Of a DNA stretch of 64,000 bases, positions 1 to 9,785 are shown in pieces (positions within the stretch are counted from its first letter, which is position 1; the number at the start of each line of letters is the position of its first letter). The notes below the pieces were generated by a model. That model did not search any database and had not been told where the DNA came from. It saw only the letters and a list, made by a program, of their open reading frames with translations. Origin of the DNA: Leptospiraceae bacterium (GTDB taxonomy: Bacteria > Spirochaetota > Leptospiria > Leptospirales > Leptonemataceae); assembly GCA_040217195.1 (NCBI GenBank), contig JAVJNR010000003.1, positions 1-64,000 on the forward strand, read 5' to 3'. A program made the translations under genes and the position numbers.

Positions 1-183
1 ATTCTGGATCTAATTCATGACCGAAGGCGCCTTTCTGTTGAAATGGCCCTGAAACTGTCCAAGTATTTCGGTATGTCCGAGAAATTCTGGCTAAATCTAC
101 AATCTGATATCGATGTCAGAAACAAAAAGCAGACCATGAAGAAGGAACTGGATAAGATCCAGCCTGTTGCGCAACCGGCCTAA
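1..183 (+). CDS. higA: HigA-family (XRE HTH) antitoxin, 3' part; start lies outside the window
   Basis: Frame 1 reads ILDLIHDRRRLSVEMALKLSKYFGMSEKFWLNLQSDIDV...QPVAQPA*, matching the HigA signature ALxLxxxFGxSxxFWLNLQ; not in the ORF track. Confidence 0.85.
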   Translation: MLDLIHDRRRLSVEMALKLSKYFGMSEKFWLNLQSDIDVRNKKQTMKKELDKIQPVAQPA

Positions 184-192
184 TAATGTCGG

Positions 193-1502
193 TGTACAAC
201 TCGATCACATAGGTAACGTTTTAGACCGATCACATGGGTAACACATTTTGGGGGCATCTGGAGGAAACCGATGCCCTGGAAGGAGAAAAATGTGTTAAAT
301 GAACGACTATAATTTGTCCACGAGGCAATTAAAGGAGATTGGTCTATCTCGGATCTCTGCAAAAAATACGGGATCAGCAGGAAGACCGGTTACAAATTCA
401 TTCAGAGGTATAGAGACCTCGGTCCATGGGGACTCGAGGATCGATCAAGAGCCCCTCATCATCAGGCGAACCGTGTATCAGATCAAATGATCGATATGCT
501 CGTTGATGCACGACATCGCTATCCGACATGGGGACCCAGGAAGATTGTAAAGGTACTCCAGAGAGACAATCCATCTATCATCGAATGGCCTGCCCTGAGC
601 ACGGCAGGAGAAATATTCAACCGCCATGGACTGGTAAAATCAAAGCGAAAACGAAGACCCAATGGCCAGTATTACAGAGGCCGTGGAGATATTCCGGATC
701 GACCCAACCAGGTCTGGTGTGCCGACCACAAAGGACCGTTTCACACAGCAGACAGATACAAGGTAGACCCACTCACCGTTTCAGACGAATATAGCCGCTT
801 TCTTATCGGATGCAGATGTATGGATTCTCTGGGCTCAGAAGCCACAATTCCGGCATTTATAAGGCTTTTTCAGCGCTATGGCTTACCGGATGCCATACGC
901 ACAGACAATGGATCACCCTTCGCATCTTCAAAAGGCCTGGGAGGATTCACCGAACTGTCCAAGTGGTTCGCTAAACTCGGAATAACCCCGCAGCGAATTG
1001 AGCCTGGAAAGCCATACCAAAATGGGGCTCATGAAAGGATGCACCGGACTTTAAAAGCAGAGACGGCCAATCCTGCGGCCAGGAATCGCAGAGCCCAACA
1101 GAGGGCCTTCGATCGATTCAGAAAAGAATACAACGAAGTCAGGCCACACGAAGCTCTGGAAGATGACACTCCGAATATGCACTACAAACACTCAGTGAAA
1201 CCATTTCCCTCAAAGGTTCCGGAGCCAGAATATCCAGAATCTTATGAAACCAAACGAGTTCGCTGCAAAGGAAGTGTCAAGCTCCACGGAAAAGAGATAT
1301 TCATTACATCAGCCCTCGACAAGGAATGGGTAGCCTTCGAACAGATCTCTGATCTACAATGGCGCGTTCATTTCTATCACCTGGCTCTCGGAGTTTATGA
1401 CCTCGGCACCGGAAAGTGGTTGCACTTCCCGGCTCATCATCAGACCTGAAAGTGTTACCTATGTCCCCGGATTATTTTGTTACCTATGTGACAGGACGTA
1501 CA
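193..1502 (+). mobile_element. IS481-family insertion sequence
   Basis: Ends TGTAC...GTACA; imperfect terminal inverted repeats (TGTACAACTCGATCACATAGGTAAC vs reverse complement of right end TGTACGTCCTGTCACATAGGTAAC); subterminal (C)ACATRGGTAAC repeated twice at each end; rve integrase ORF inside. Confidence 0.9.
271..1449 (+). pseudogene. IS481-family DDE transposase with premature stop at codon 14
   Basis: GGAGG then ATG 271, MPWKEKNVLNERL*FVHEA...LCKKYGISRKTGYKFI (HTH), in frame with ORF 487-1449 (WCADHKG, DNGSPF, NGAHERMHRTLK); TAA at 310-312. Confidence 0.85.
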
Positions 1503-1556
1503 ACCGAAAATATCGTTGTAATACCTTCTGACCGGTGCGGATGTATGCGATTCTCA

Positions 1557-2186
1557 ATGAAATTCAGTGGTTTGAATAGAGGCTTACTCGGATCGGCGCT
1601 CATCTACTTTATAGTGTCATGTTCGTCGCTCAAACTGAGAACAAACGAAAGCAGCACGCAGTCAGGGGCCGAGCGCGACATCTCCGCATGGAATTCACGC
1701 GGAGGCGACTTCCTCGCGAAAGCTGATGCGGCGGAAAGGCAGCTAATCGAGGATTTGGGACCGCAACAGACGTTCCTACGCGCAGGGTGGCCACAGAACC
1801 AGAACTATCAGCCGCCTCAGGACTGCTTTGGCTATTGGCTGGAAGAAGGTGATCAGGCCCCTCAAGAATCGGAAGTAGGGGTTTGCGCAGCCCAGGCCAG
1901 CGGTCTCTCTCGGTTTTACGATTCTCATGGCACGGATGCCGAACCGATCATTTTCAAGTCACGATATTACTGGGCCGAGCTAAATTCTTTTCAGGTTGAG
2001 TTTCCGCGCCTGGTTGAAGCGTGGAAGGACATAGGGGGTTGCCAGGACGATCCGAGTTTTCTGTATCATCCGGTCTGCGCTGAGCCACTTCAGGAGGATT
2101 GGGAGGGTTCAGACTATTTCTATGACGGTGCAGAACACCCGCTGTGCAAACTGTTCAATATCAATCCGGCTGCTGCGACTCAATGA
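1557..2186 (+). CDS. hypothetical lipoprotein
   Basis: Signal-peptide-like N-terminus ending IVSC; several Cys; start moved outside the IS. Confidence 0.55.
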   Translation: MKFSGLNRGLLGSALIYFIVSCSSLKLRTNESSTQSGAERDISAWNSRGGDFLAKADAAERQLIEDLGPQQTFLRAGWPQNQNYQPPQDCFGYWLEEGDQAPQESEVGVCAAQASGLSRFYDSHGTDAEPIIFKSRYYWAELNSFQVEFPRLVEAWKDIGGCQDDPSFLYHPVCAEPLQEDWEGSDYFYDGAEHPLCKLFNINPAAATQ

Positions 2187-2641
2187 TCCGGCGCTGGCGC
2201 ATGACAAAACTTGTCTGGCACAAGATTGCGATCGCTGCTATTGCTGCGATGGCCGCTCTCGTCTGCTGCGGGCCGGAACCCTCTGTACTGGAACAGCATG
2301 GCTGGATTCACGGCACCTGGTTCAGGAGCTGCGATACAAAGGATGTGATGATCAGTTTCATCGTTTCAGCGGATCGCATTGAAGGTCTCACCGGCATGGA
2401 AGCCCAGGCCCAGAGCGATCCACCACGAAGGGGCCGCGTGCATGTCGAAGGCGTCTCGAAGGGGTATACCCGATTTCGTCCGCAAAACTGGCTGAACTCC
2501 GAACTGCGTTTGAAGCAAGTCGGTGCAGGGCAAGCCGATGCGATCCTGGCAAGGCGCGATGCCACTGAAATGATATGGGACACGAGCGAGCGTTTCGCTC
2601 TTTACCAATGCTCCGTCATTTCTAGAGAAGGCGAAGAATGA
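2183..2641 (+). CDS. hypothetical exported protein or lipoprotein
   Basis: ATGA overlap with upstream stop; hydrophobic N-terminus ending LVCC. Confidence 0.55.
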   Translation: MIRRWRMTKLVWHKIAIAAIAAMAALVCCGPEPSVLEQHGWIHGTWFRSCDTKDVMISFIVSADRIEGLTGMEAQAQSDPPRRGRVHVEGVSKGYTRFRPQNWLNSELRLKQVGAGQADAILARRDATEMIWDTSERFALYQCSVISREGEE

Positions 2642-2934
2642 AGGCCTTCATGGAAAAGCTCACCTCGCTCGAAGCAAAAGCGTTCGAAGACTATGACAAT
2701 GGCGCCAGGTACAAGCGCATACGATCAGACATCCTTGATCTCCTGAAAGAAGCGCAGACAACGCTGCCTGCTCCGGACCTGTTGACGTTCAATTCGTCTG
2801 TCATGGATGTGCTCTACCGGATTTGCGGGACGCATCTGGATCTCGAAGTGCTCGAGGGATACACGCCAGACGTGCTGTCGGAGGAAGACTTCAAGCAGAT
2901 AACCTGGAACTCGGCCCTCGCGCGATGGATGTAG
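2638..2934 (+). CDS. small acidic helical hypothetical protein
   Basis: ATGA overlap with upstream gene; 98 aa, protein-like composition. Confidence 0.6.
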   Translation: MKAFMEKLTSLEAKAFEDYDNGARYKRIRSDILDLLKEAQTTLPAPDLLTFNSSVMDVLYRICGTHLDLEVLEGYTPDVLSEEDFKQITWNSALARWM

Positions 2935-3194
2935 GTTTTGAAAATCTGGCGCTGAACGCCTTGCTCGAAGCAGAGCTCTCCTCCGGCAATGAGATCGCCG
3001 AAGTGCCAGACTGGCCGCCGACGTGCAAGCGACTGGTCATTCTGGAATACCGGTTTTCCGAAGCCCATGATGCAGCCGGGCTGCAGTTCAGAGGGATTAA
3101 CGATCCTCATTACTGGTATGCGGAATATATCGCCGATAGCGGCGCGGAAGTCCTGGCCTGCCGCTTCAGGCCACGCCCATGTCGGCACGGTTAA
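2925..3194 (+). CDS. small hypothetical protein
   Basis: MDVGFENLALNALLEAELSSGNEI...INDPHYWYAEY; start overlaps upstream stop. Confidence 0.55.
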   Translation: MDVGFENLALNALLEAELSSGNEIAEVPDWPPTCKRLVILEYRFSEAHDAAGLQFRGINDPHYWYAEYIADSGAEVLACRFRPRPCRHG

Positions 3195-3198
3195 TCCG

Positions 3199-3414
3199 CT
3201 ACCCTACATACCATTTCGGATCCTTGCTTTCTGCAAAAGCGGTCAGGACGTCGTAGTGGCGTTTGCGTTCCATACGCGCCTTGCCTGCTGGAAAGTGGAT
3301 GCAGAAACAGCCTTCAGCGACGTGATCGATTGTGTAGCGGACGCCTTCAAACTCGACATAGCCGCCCCGGCCCTCATGGACGGTTTTGATGTTTTCGGCA
3401 TTTGAGCGGCTCAT
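3199..3414 (-). CDS. small hypothetical protein
   Basis: 71 aa ORF, last of three tightly packed minus-strand genes. Confidence 0.55.
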   Translation of the reverse strand: MSRSNAENIKTVHEGRGGYVEFEGVRYTIDHVAEGCFCIHFPAGKARMERKRHYDVLTAFAESKDPKWYVG

Positions 3415-3427
3415 TCTGCTGGCTTGT

Positions 3428-3697
3428 TCATTCGGGGTGTGTGGCCTTCTTGTTTTCCAGATACCACCAGTAAATCACATCCCGGAAATCACTCTTCGCG
3501 GCCGTGACGAGATTTCTCAGTTCCTCGAAGTCGCCCTTGCTCAAACTCAGAATAGCGCCGATGGCGTTCTGTAAGTTGTAGTCTGAGTCCATGGTCTCCG
3601 CCACGGTGATCCGCTCCAGTTCTGCGATTACCCTCGGAGTGTTTTCCTCGGAGAAATCATTTCTGACGGTAATTAGATGCTGTTCCGCAAGTGCCAT
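3428..3697 (-). CDS. small hypothetical protein (DFRDVIYW C-terminal motif)
   Basis: AGAGAGGA RBS before ATG 3697; acidic and helical. Confidence 0.6.
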   Translation of the reverse strand: MALAEQHLITVRNDFSEENTPRVIAELERITVAETMDSDYNLQNAIGAILSLSKGDFEELRNLVTAAKSDFRDVIYWWYLENKKATHPE

Positions 3698-3762
3698 GAT
3701 CTCCTCTCTTTGCAAAGCCACACACGCGTTCAATCAGGCGGCGCGGAAGCTGGTGCGAAACG

Positions 3763-4008
3763 TCAATAGACGCCAGCTGTCTCGTCGATCACGAAACCCG
3801 CATTGTTCGCCTTGCACCAGGCTTCTAGCTCTTCCTTAAGGACAGGATAGAGGTCTTTAGCCCCCGAAGGAGCGATGTTCGGCCAGTTCTCCTCGGTCGG
3901 CAGGTAAGCGTGCAGAACCCCCATGGTCAAGTCGAGAATGAAACTGCCGTCCGATGCGATGACGACCAGTTCTTCCTTCCATTTCGGCTGAAACTGGAAT
4001 GTCGTCAT
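3763..4008 (-). CDS. small hypothetical protein
   Basis: 81 aa, MTTFQFQPKWKEELV..., protein-like composition. Confidence 0.6.
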   Translation of the reverse strand: MTTFQFQPKWKEELVVIASDGSFILDLTMGVLHAYLPTEENWPNIAPSGAKDLYPVLKEELEAWCKANNAGFVIDETAGVY

Positions 4009-4403
4009 AGTATGTTCACCTTTGGTCTTTTAATTGTCGACCAGAACTTGTCGTAATACTGTGCCATTGCCCGTTAAGTAGAAGAGTATGCCATACAAGA
4101 ATCTGTCGAAAATTCTCCAATTTCTCGAGACTGTCTACAGTAATGACAATACCGATTATAGCAAGTATATTCTGGTGAGATCGGTTACAAGACCGATTGC
4201 CTGAGCCCGGAAGCCGAGCTGCTTCGACAGCACAATCTGCAACCAAACAATTTCCAGACATTTTCCCACGACGAATTGCTGGGCGCGTTTCTGAAACTCA
4301 GAAAGACCACCAGCCTCACCGACTAGATTGGCGCATTGTTATGCGAAAACTGAAATAAGAGTGAATACCGTTTCGAACGAACAGTATTAGAGGACAGACC
4401 ACA

Positions 4404-5309
4404 ATGACGAAAAAGACATTCACCACTACTATACATGGCGGCTACGAAATGCCCTATCTCGGCATCTACGAGGGTGAGGTTTCAGTCAGCGATTTCGCAG
4501 ATCTGGACCCGCAGTCGGATCTGATCAGTTTCGGTGCGAAGACAAAGAATTTGCATCTTCTGCCGGACTTCAAATCAGTCCGTTATGTGGGGCTGGGCAG
4601 GAACACGATTTCGGCTGAACTGCTCGATGACCTGTCCCGGCTGCCAGAGCTGGAGGTGATGCAGATCAGCCATGACAGCCAGGAGACGTGGCCGTCGCTG
4701 GCACCGCTTTCGGCGTTGAAATACCTCATCCTGTACGATGTAAAGAAACAGGCCGACCTGTCATTCCTGCGCGGCATGGCGCAGCTTGAGAGCCTCTTCC
4801 TGTCAGAGCTGTTAAAGTTGAATGATATCAGCGCCCTGGCCACGCTGCCCAATCTCCGCGAGTTCGCGATTGAAGGCGACCTGCATGGACGCGGCAGCGT
4901 TCTGCCGGACACCGATGCACTGTTCACCCTGACAAAGCTCGAACACCTGAAATTCTTCAGCAAGAAGACGGTGTTCAACGCGGCGGACTTTCAGGCTTTC
5001 AGCAAGCTTCGCTATATTCATATCAGCCCGTTTCATCACCCATTTGAGTTCTATGCGGAGCTCGAACGATATCTGCCGGACGGCTGCGAAAAAGCAGTGC
5101 CGCACCTCCTGGCCAATTATGCTGAGGATGCGTGCGAAAAGTGCGGCGCACAGGGGCTCATAAAGCCGATCGGCGCAAGACAACGGGCCTTCTGCCCGGT
5201 CTGCAATCGCAAGAAACTCGACTCGCTGCTAGAAACCTATGAGAGACTGTCAGGCAAGCCACGCAAGTCGGCCATTGAGCATATCCACTGGATGGAGGCC
5301 TTAACATGA
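4404..5309 (+). CDS. leucine-rich-repeat protein with C-terminal Zn-ribbon
   Basis: LxxLxxLxxLxL repeats (LSRLPELEVMQI, LSALKYLIL, LAT LPNLREFAI, LTKLEHLKF); CEKC...CPVC. Confidence 0.8.
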   Translation: MTKKTFTTTIHGGYEMPYLGIYEGEVSVSDFADLDPQSDLISFGAKTKNLHLLPDFKSVRYVGLGRNTISAELLDDLSRLPELEVMQISHDSQETWPSLAPLSALKYLILYDVKKQADLSFLRGMAQLESLFLSELLKLNDISALATLPNLREFAIEGDLHGRGSVLPDTDALFTLTKLEHLKFFSKKTVFNAADFQAFSKLRYIHISPFHHPFEFYAELERYLPDGCEKAVPHLLANYAEDACEKCGAQGLIKPIGARQRAFCPVCNRKKLDSLLETYERLSGKPRKSAIEHIHWMEALT

Positions 5310-6073
5310 CCTGGATCAAGCTGACCGATCTGCCGGAACAACGGGTGCCCATGCACATCGACAGGGCAAAGTCATTCTGGGAAATCAGGGACGGAAAGAT
5401 TGTACATCAGACGAGGGTAAACCGCATAGCGGATGTTGAAAGCTTTGAAGTCCTGGAAGGCTCTGACTTCATCGCCCGTGACAAAGCCTTTGTGTACCAT
5501 GCCTGGACGACGATGAAGACCGTCGATCGCGATAGTTTTACCCCGCTTGGAGATGGGTATTTTCGCGACAAGGATTGCGGCTATTGCGAATTCGAAACCA
5601 GCATTAAGCCCTTGAAAAGCGGCTCTGCCCAGGGGCTCAAGGTCATCGGTGCTGGATATGCGCGCGACGCCGCCTTCGCCTATTATTGCGGCCGGCCGAT
5701 CACGAGCTGTACCTTGCCAATGACCCTGAAGCTGGTCGAACAGACCGGGGAGCATCCTATTCCTGCCGCCACGACGGACACCCAGTGCTTTTATGAAGGC
5801 GCACTCATCAAGGGCGCTGATTCGGCGACCTGGACAATGGGCGCGAATGGCTTTTCGCGCGATGCCCGCAATGTGTTCTACAACGCAAAAAAACTGGCCG
5901 GCGCCAGGGCGGATGACTGGAAGTTTCTCAAGCCGCCTTATTCGACGAGCGGCGACAAGATCTACTTTATGAGTTTTGTCCTGAAGGATGCCGACAAGGA
6001 GAGCTTTGAAATTCTTGCCGACGGCACGGCCCGCGACAAGCATTCGAGCTTCTACGGCAAGAACCGGATCTGA
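5306..6073 (+). CDS. DKNYY-like repeat protein
   Basis: Repeats of the type ADxxSFxxL...xRDKxxVY (ARDKAFVY, FRDKDCGY, SRDARNVFY, ARDKHSSFY); ATGA coupling to the LRR gene. Confidence 0.75.
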   Translation: MTWIKLTDLPEQRVPMHIDRAKSFWEIRDGKIVHQTRVNRIADVESFEVLEGSDFIARDKAFVYHAWTTMKTVDRDSFTPLGDGYFRDKDCGYCEFETSIKPLKSGSAQGLKVIGAGYARDAAFAYYCGRPITSCTLPMTLKLVEQTGEHPIPAATTDTQCFYEGALIKGADSATWTMGANGFSRDARNVFYNAKKLAGARADDWKFLKPPYSTSGDKIYFMSFVLKDADKESFEILADGTARDKHSSFYGKNRI

Positions 6074-6540
6074 CATGGGCAAAGCACGTTTCTGGATACG
6101 CAAGTGGCCGCAGACGCTCGGCAGGTCGCTCGCTCAAGCATCCAGCGCTCTTGTTCTGCCCGCCGCAATGTCGCTTGCTGCATCTGGTCCTGCGGCACTT
6201 CCCTGCCGCGTAGGCTTCGTGAAGCATGGAGCTCATCGTCGAAGCGCTGGGCATATCCCGGGAGCGCAAGCGTGCCTGTAGAAGCGCTGAAGCTGATCGT
6301 ACCCGGTGAACCCACGATCCGGTAAGTACCCAGGCTGGGACTGGACAGAAAGCTGGTTTGAAAGACAAGGTCCGGTACGTCCACGCCAACCGCTGCACCG
6401 AAGCCGAGGACGTGCATGTCATGTCGAAGGAAATGCATGTGACGTTCAGGAACAGAAACGATTACTCAACGTTTGCCAAAGAAAATTATAGGAATACCGA
6501 AAAGACCCGGAAGACTTTTCCTGATTTATAATAGGGTATT

Positions 6541-6870
6541 ATGGAAATAGAAAAAGCACTGTCATTAATTGACAAAGAATGGGAGTCAGACACTGGTCTG
6601 CTTGTTCTATTCCGAATGAGCAGCGACGTAGAGGTAGAACGGCTGGATGCCTTTATTGAGGCAGTAAACTCCATCAGGGAGTATTATCAGGGCAAAAAAT
6701 GGATTGAGAAACACTTAGTGTATCTGCTCCTTGGGTTCTATAGAACGCTAAGTGCCAGTCAAGGCCATTGGAAGGTATCTCATCCAGAAGGGTTGGGACC
6801 CGAAAAAGTATATGAAGTGTTATCCTCAATATTAGATGTTTTTACAGATGATGCCATATACCCATTATGA
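6541..6870 (+). CDS. AT-rich hypothetical protein, immunity-protein-like
   Basis: 109 aa, acidic, helical; immunity assignment is inference from size, composition and context. Confidence 0.6.
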   Translation: MEIEKALSLIDKEWESDTGLLVLFRMSSDVEVERLDAFIEAVNSIREYYQGKKWIEKHLVYLLLGFYRTLSASQGHWKVSHPEGLGPEKVYEVLSSILDVFTDDAIYPL

Positions 6871-7337
6871 TGACTAATAAAATCCAAGAAAAATGGAAGC
6901 AAGGCTTTTTGCCCGGATATGATTGTATTGCCTACGCTGATGGATCGATTGTCATTGCAAATACATACAGTGCAATAGATACAGCAACTCGGGAAAGAAA
7001 ACAGTTTTGGTTTCCATTGTGTGATACTACATTAGAAGGAATTCAAAAGTATGATGATGACATCTGGACAGAAGTTGATATTTTTCATGGCGCCATTAAT
7101 TATAACGATCAAAAAATAGTGTTTGGAGATGGAGGTATGGGAAATGAGGGATACGTAGCTTCCACAAATAGTGTTAATGGCGACTTAATTTGGGCTATTT
7201 TCTTTACTTTTTCTAATCCTATCTGTAGGGCTGAAATCAAGAATGAGCACTTAATTTGCTACGGGGATAGCGGAACAATTATTGAAATAAGCCTAAATGA
7301 GATTACAAAAATCCGTGTAACATATGAACAATGGTAG
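6867..7337 (+). CDS. AT-rich hypothetical protein, immunity-protein-like
   Basis: 156 aa with GDGGMGNEGYVA and WAIFFTFSNP motifs resembling proteins seen next to Rhs-type toxins (recall, not searched). Confidence 0.65.
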   Translation: MMTNKIQEKWKQGFLPGYDCIAYADGSIVIANTYSAIDTATRERKQFWFPLCDTTLEGIQKYDDDIWTEVDIFHGAINYNDQKIVFGDGGMGNEGYVASTNSVNGDLIWAIFFTFSNPICRAEIKNEHLICYGDSGTIIEISLNEITKIRVTYEQW

Positions 7338-7434
7338 CTCTGTTGATTCCTTTCTCGCGTTAACAACAACCATCCAGGAAAGTGCGTCGTTTTCACGAAA
7401 TGCGAACTCCCGGATTCCGACGCGGCATAGTGTT

Positions 7435-7950
7435 TGGACTGCTCCAGTTGTTTCGCATACCTTCAGGCAACCTTTTGCATTTCGAACTGCTCCGGGGAGA
7501 TAGTCCCCGGGTAGCTGTGTTTCCTTCTCCGATTGTAGAACAACTCAATACAGTTAAATATCCGAATACGAGCATCCTTTTCGCTCTCGAATGATCTACA
7601 GTTCCTCTCTTTCTTTATACTGGCGAAGAAGGATTCCGCGCAAGCATTATCCCGGAAGTCTCCTCTCCGGCTCATAATGGATGGAAACCCGTGGCGCCCC
7701 AGAGTCTCCCGGAACTCATGACTGGCATACTGAGAAGCAGGACCTGAATGAAAGATCAGCCTTTGATGGATGCCACGTTGTAGAGTTGCCATTTCAAGAG
7801 AGTCCGCCACAAGCGAAGTCTCCATATGCGATCTCTTCCTTCAGCCGCTTGTTCTCTTCCGCATCGTTGCCTCGCTTACGTAGCTCCGGTTTATTCTTTT
7901 GGCTCTCCAGATACTCTTTGCGCCACTGTCTGAGGGCCCAGCCCCTCTGC
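7435..7950 (-). mobile_element. truncated, internally deleted IS3-family element
   Basis: OrfB C-terminus (FHSGPASQYAS, MSRRGDFRDNACAESFFASIKKE, FYNRRRKHS), OrfA-like fragment (LRQWRKEY...EENKRLKEEIA); one IS3-like end TGGACTGCTCCAG at 7435. Confidence 0.8.
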
Positions 7951-7988
7951 TCCGTTCGATAATTCTCCGATCAGGTATTAACTTCACC

Positions 7989-8579
7989 ATGGATGGAAAA
8001 CGAATCCCCCGATTTGACCCTGACCTCTTTATGGAGCGCGAACAGGCGCTGCAAACGGATGAGGTTATTCGCGGCTTCGCCGAAAGGACCTGGAAACTAC
8101 GGCCTGAGATCACTGAACACTCTGAATTCTACCAGCAGCAAAATTCAAACTACTCGATGGAACAAATCTGGCAGAAGATGAAAAACACTCTGAGAGTGTT
8201 TCGCTACTTTATTTCTCCGGATGAATCTACATCGTTTCCGGCCCTGGAAAAAGCATCGGTACTCGATCCCGTTCTGGACTCCAGTTTTCTCCCCATCTTA
8301 AATCAGTGGCAGGATTTTCTCAATAGTGGAAATCTTGAATCCTCTCTGGAGGGATTCGAGTGCGAACCCATCCCGGGAGGGTCCGCAAGAGTATTTCTTC
8401 AAATCTACCTGTATGGTTATGGCCTGCATTCAAATTCAAACGACGCAGATATGGAATCCATTTCCGAGCACATCACGGATAAGAACTGTTATCTACTCAT
8501 ACAAATACTGAATGAGGCTCTGGCCCTAATATCGAAGGCAGCCGTCCGAATCAAAGAGAACAGGCATCGTTTCTCATAA
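7989..8579 (+). CDS. hypothetical protein
   Basis: Long ORF; ATG 7989 chosen outside the IS remnant. Confidence 0.55.
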   Translation: MDGKRIPRFDPDLFMEREQALQTDEVIRGFAERTWKLRPEITEHSEFYQQQNSNYSMEQIWQKMKNTLRVFRYFISPDESTSFPALEKASVLDPVLDSSFLPILNQWQDFLNSGNLESSLEGFECEPIPGGSARVFLQIYLYGYGLHSNSNDADMESISEHITDKNCYLLIQILNEALALISKAAVRIKENRHRFS

Positions 8580-8818
8580 CTTTAAATCAAATCCTCCCGG
8601 AACCTGGCCCCACACAGGATACGCAGAAAGACAGAATCAAATAACATCCTTCCCCGGGACAGACCTGGCCCTTTAAAAGTAGCTTGCAACACCTACTGCC
8701 GGGTAGTAACACCATGCAATATTAACATCCTGGTAACCAGTCTCAGAATCAAAAAAAGCCTGGCCTTTTCGGCATACAGTCAGAAGTGTCAGTTATTCGT
8801 ATGTTACCATCCAAGCTA

Positions 8819-9091
8819 ATGCGCATCGTTAGCATATTAATGCTTTCGGCTTTCCTTGCCTGTATTCCTTCCGCATCCGATCTTTGCGACGATAATTCGG
8901 AAACATCGGTTCTGGATCTATTCACCCTATCCTGTACAGCGGCATCCACTCAGCCCGCTCGAAACCCAGGAGAGTCGGATGCAGACTACAACCTCAGAGT
9001 CTCCCAGTTCCAGGAGCAGACCAGGGCCCTTTGCATTTACTGGTATTTGGAACTTGAGAATTGCCTTGAGGATAATAATTATCCGTTTTGA
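8819..9091 (+). CDS. small Cys-containing lipoprotein
   Basis: MRIVSILMLSAFLAC lipobox. Confidence 0.55.
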   Translation: MRIVSILMLSAFLACIPSASDLCDDNSETSVLDLFTLSCTAASTQPARNPGESDADYNLRVSQFQEQTRALCIYWYLELENCLEDNNYPF

Positions 9092-9121
9092 ATGGTAACC
9101 TGACTGCTAGAATGAATAGGC

Positions 9122-9628
9122 ATGGAAAAAGCGTTTCACACTACAGACCCTCTCGAAGCGGATTCTCTAGAAGAGGAACTGGAAAATCTTTCCATCGATG
9201 TTCATATTGAAGAGGATCCCGGAGATTCAGGGTTAACCGGATTCACTTTCTACGTTTCATCAGAGTACCTGGAAATTACCCTGCAACGGGCCCGGGTGGT
9301 GAGAGCTCGCACGATTAGCGGACAATCGGATATCGAAGAATACTCGGCTGCCTCAGAAATTCTGCGCATCGACAGGCAAGCTAAATCAGAAAAGATAAAG
9401 GATCTTTCGGGTCCGGCCCTTCCTCAAATCTTCTGGCGATTTCGCCGTACTCTGGCCATAGCATGCCTCCCGGTGACGATTCCCATCGCCAAATGGCTGC
9501 GCAATAATTTTCAGTTCAGCTACAACGTCCGCTTGGACGCAGCAATCGCTTACTTCATCGGATTCTCCACAGTGCTTTTGTTGATTGGACTGCTTTATTA
9601 CCTGCTGCGGCCCAATACGGAGGAGTAA
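9122..9628 (+). CDS. membrane protein with N-terminal soluble domain (DUF2007-like) and two C-terminal TM helices
   Basis: Acidic N-terminus, two hydrophobic segments at the end. Confidence 0.6.
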   Translation: MEKAFHTTDPLEADSLEEELENLSIDVHIEEDPGDSGLTGFTFYVSSEYLEITLQRARVVRARTISGQSDIEEYSAASEILRIDRQAKSEKIKDLSGPALPQIFWRFRRTLAIACLPVTIPIAKWLRNNFQFSYNVRLDAAIAYFIGFSTVLLLIGLLYYLLRPNTEE

Positions 9629-9785
9629 AGGTGCGCCACTGCAATGATACGCCCCAAAGACAGGTGAATACATAAAAAAACTTGCGCCCCAACTCGTTTT
9701 TAATGAAACGCTGTGCCTGTATCCCACATAAAGAAGGGATATCTAACATTTAAAACTATTCCATCTTCAAGGAGGCTAATCTTAA

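Noticed and set aside
1416..1556. N-terminal extension of ORF 1416-2186
   Set aside because: It reads through the IS481 right end; the signal peptide starts at 1545 or 1557
4200..4350. attC-like end (TGTTATGCG near 4337-4345) before the LRR gene
   Set aside because: No complementary RYYYAAC box at a suitable distance, no second copy and no integrase
5372..6103. 243-aa antisense ORF and similar shadow ORFs throughout the window
   Set aside because: They lie opposite or within well-supported genes and have no motifs
6075..6440. Short ORFs in both directions after the DKNYY-like gene
   Set aside because: No frame gives a convincing protein; probably decayed sequence
8581..8770. Three ATCAAA...CCTGGCC words in a spacer
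   Set aside because: Short, irregularly spaced and could be chance
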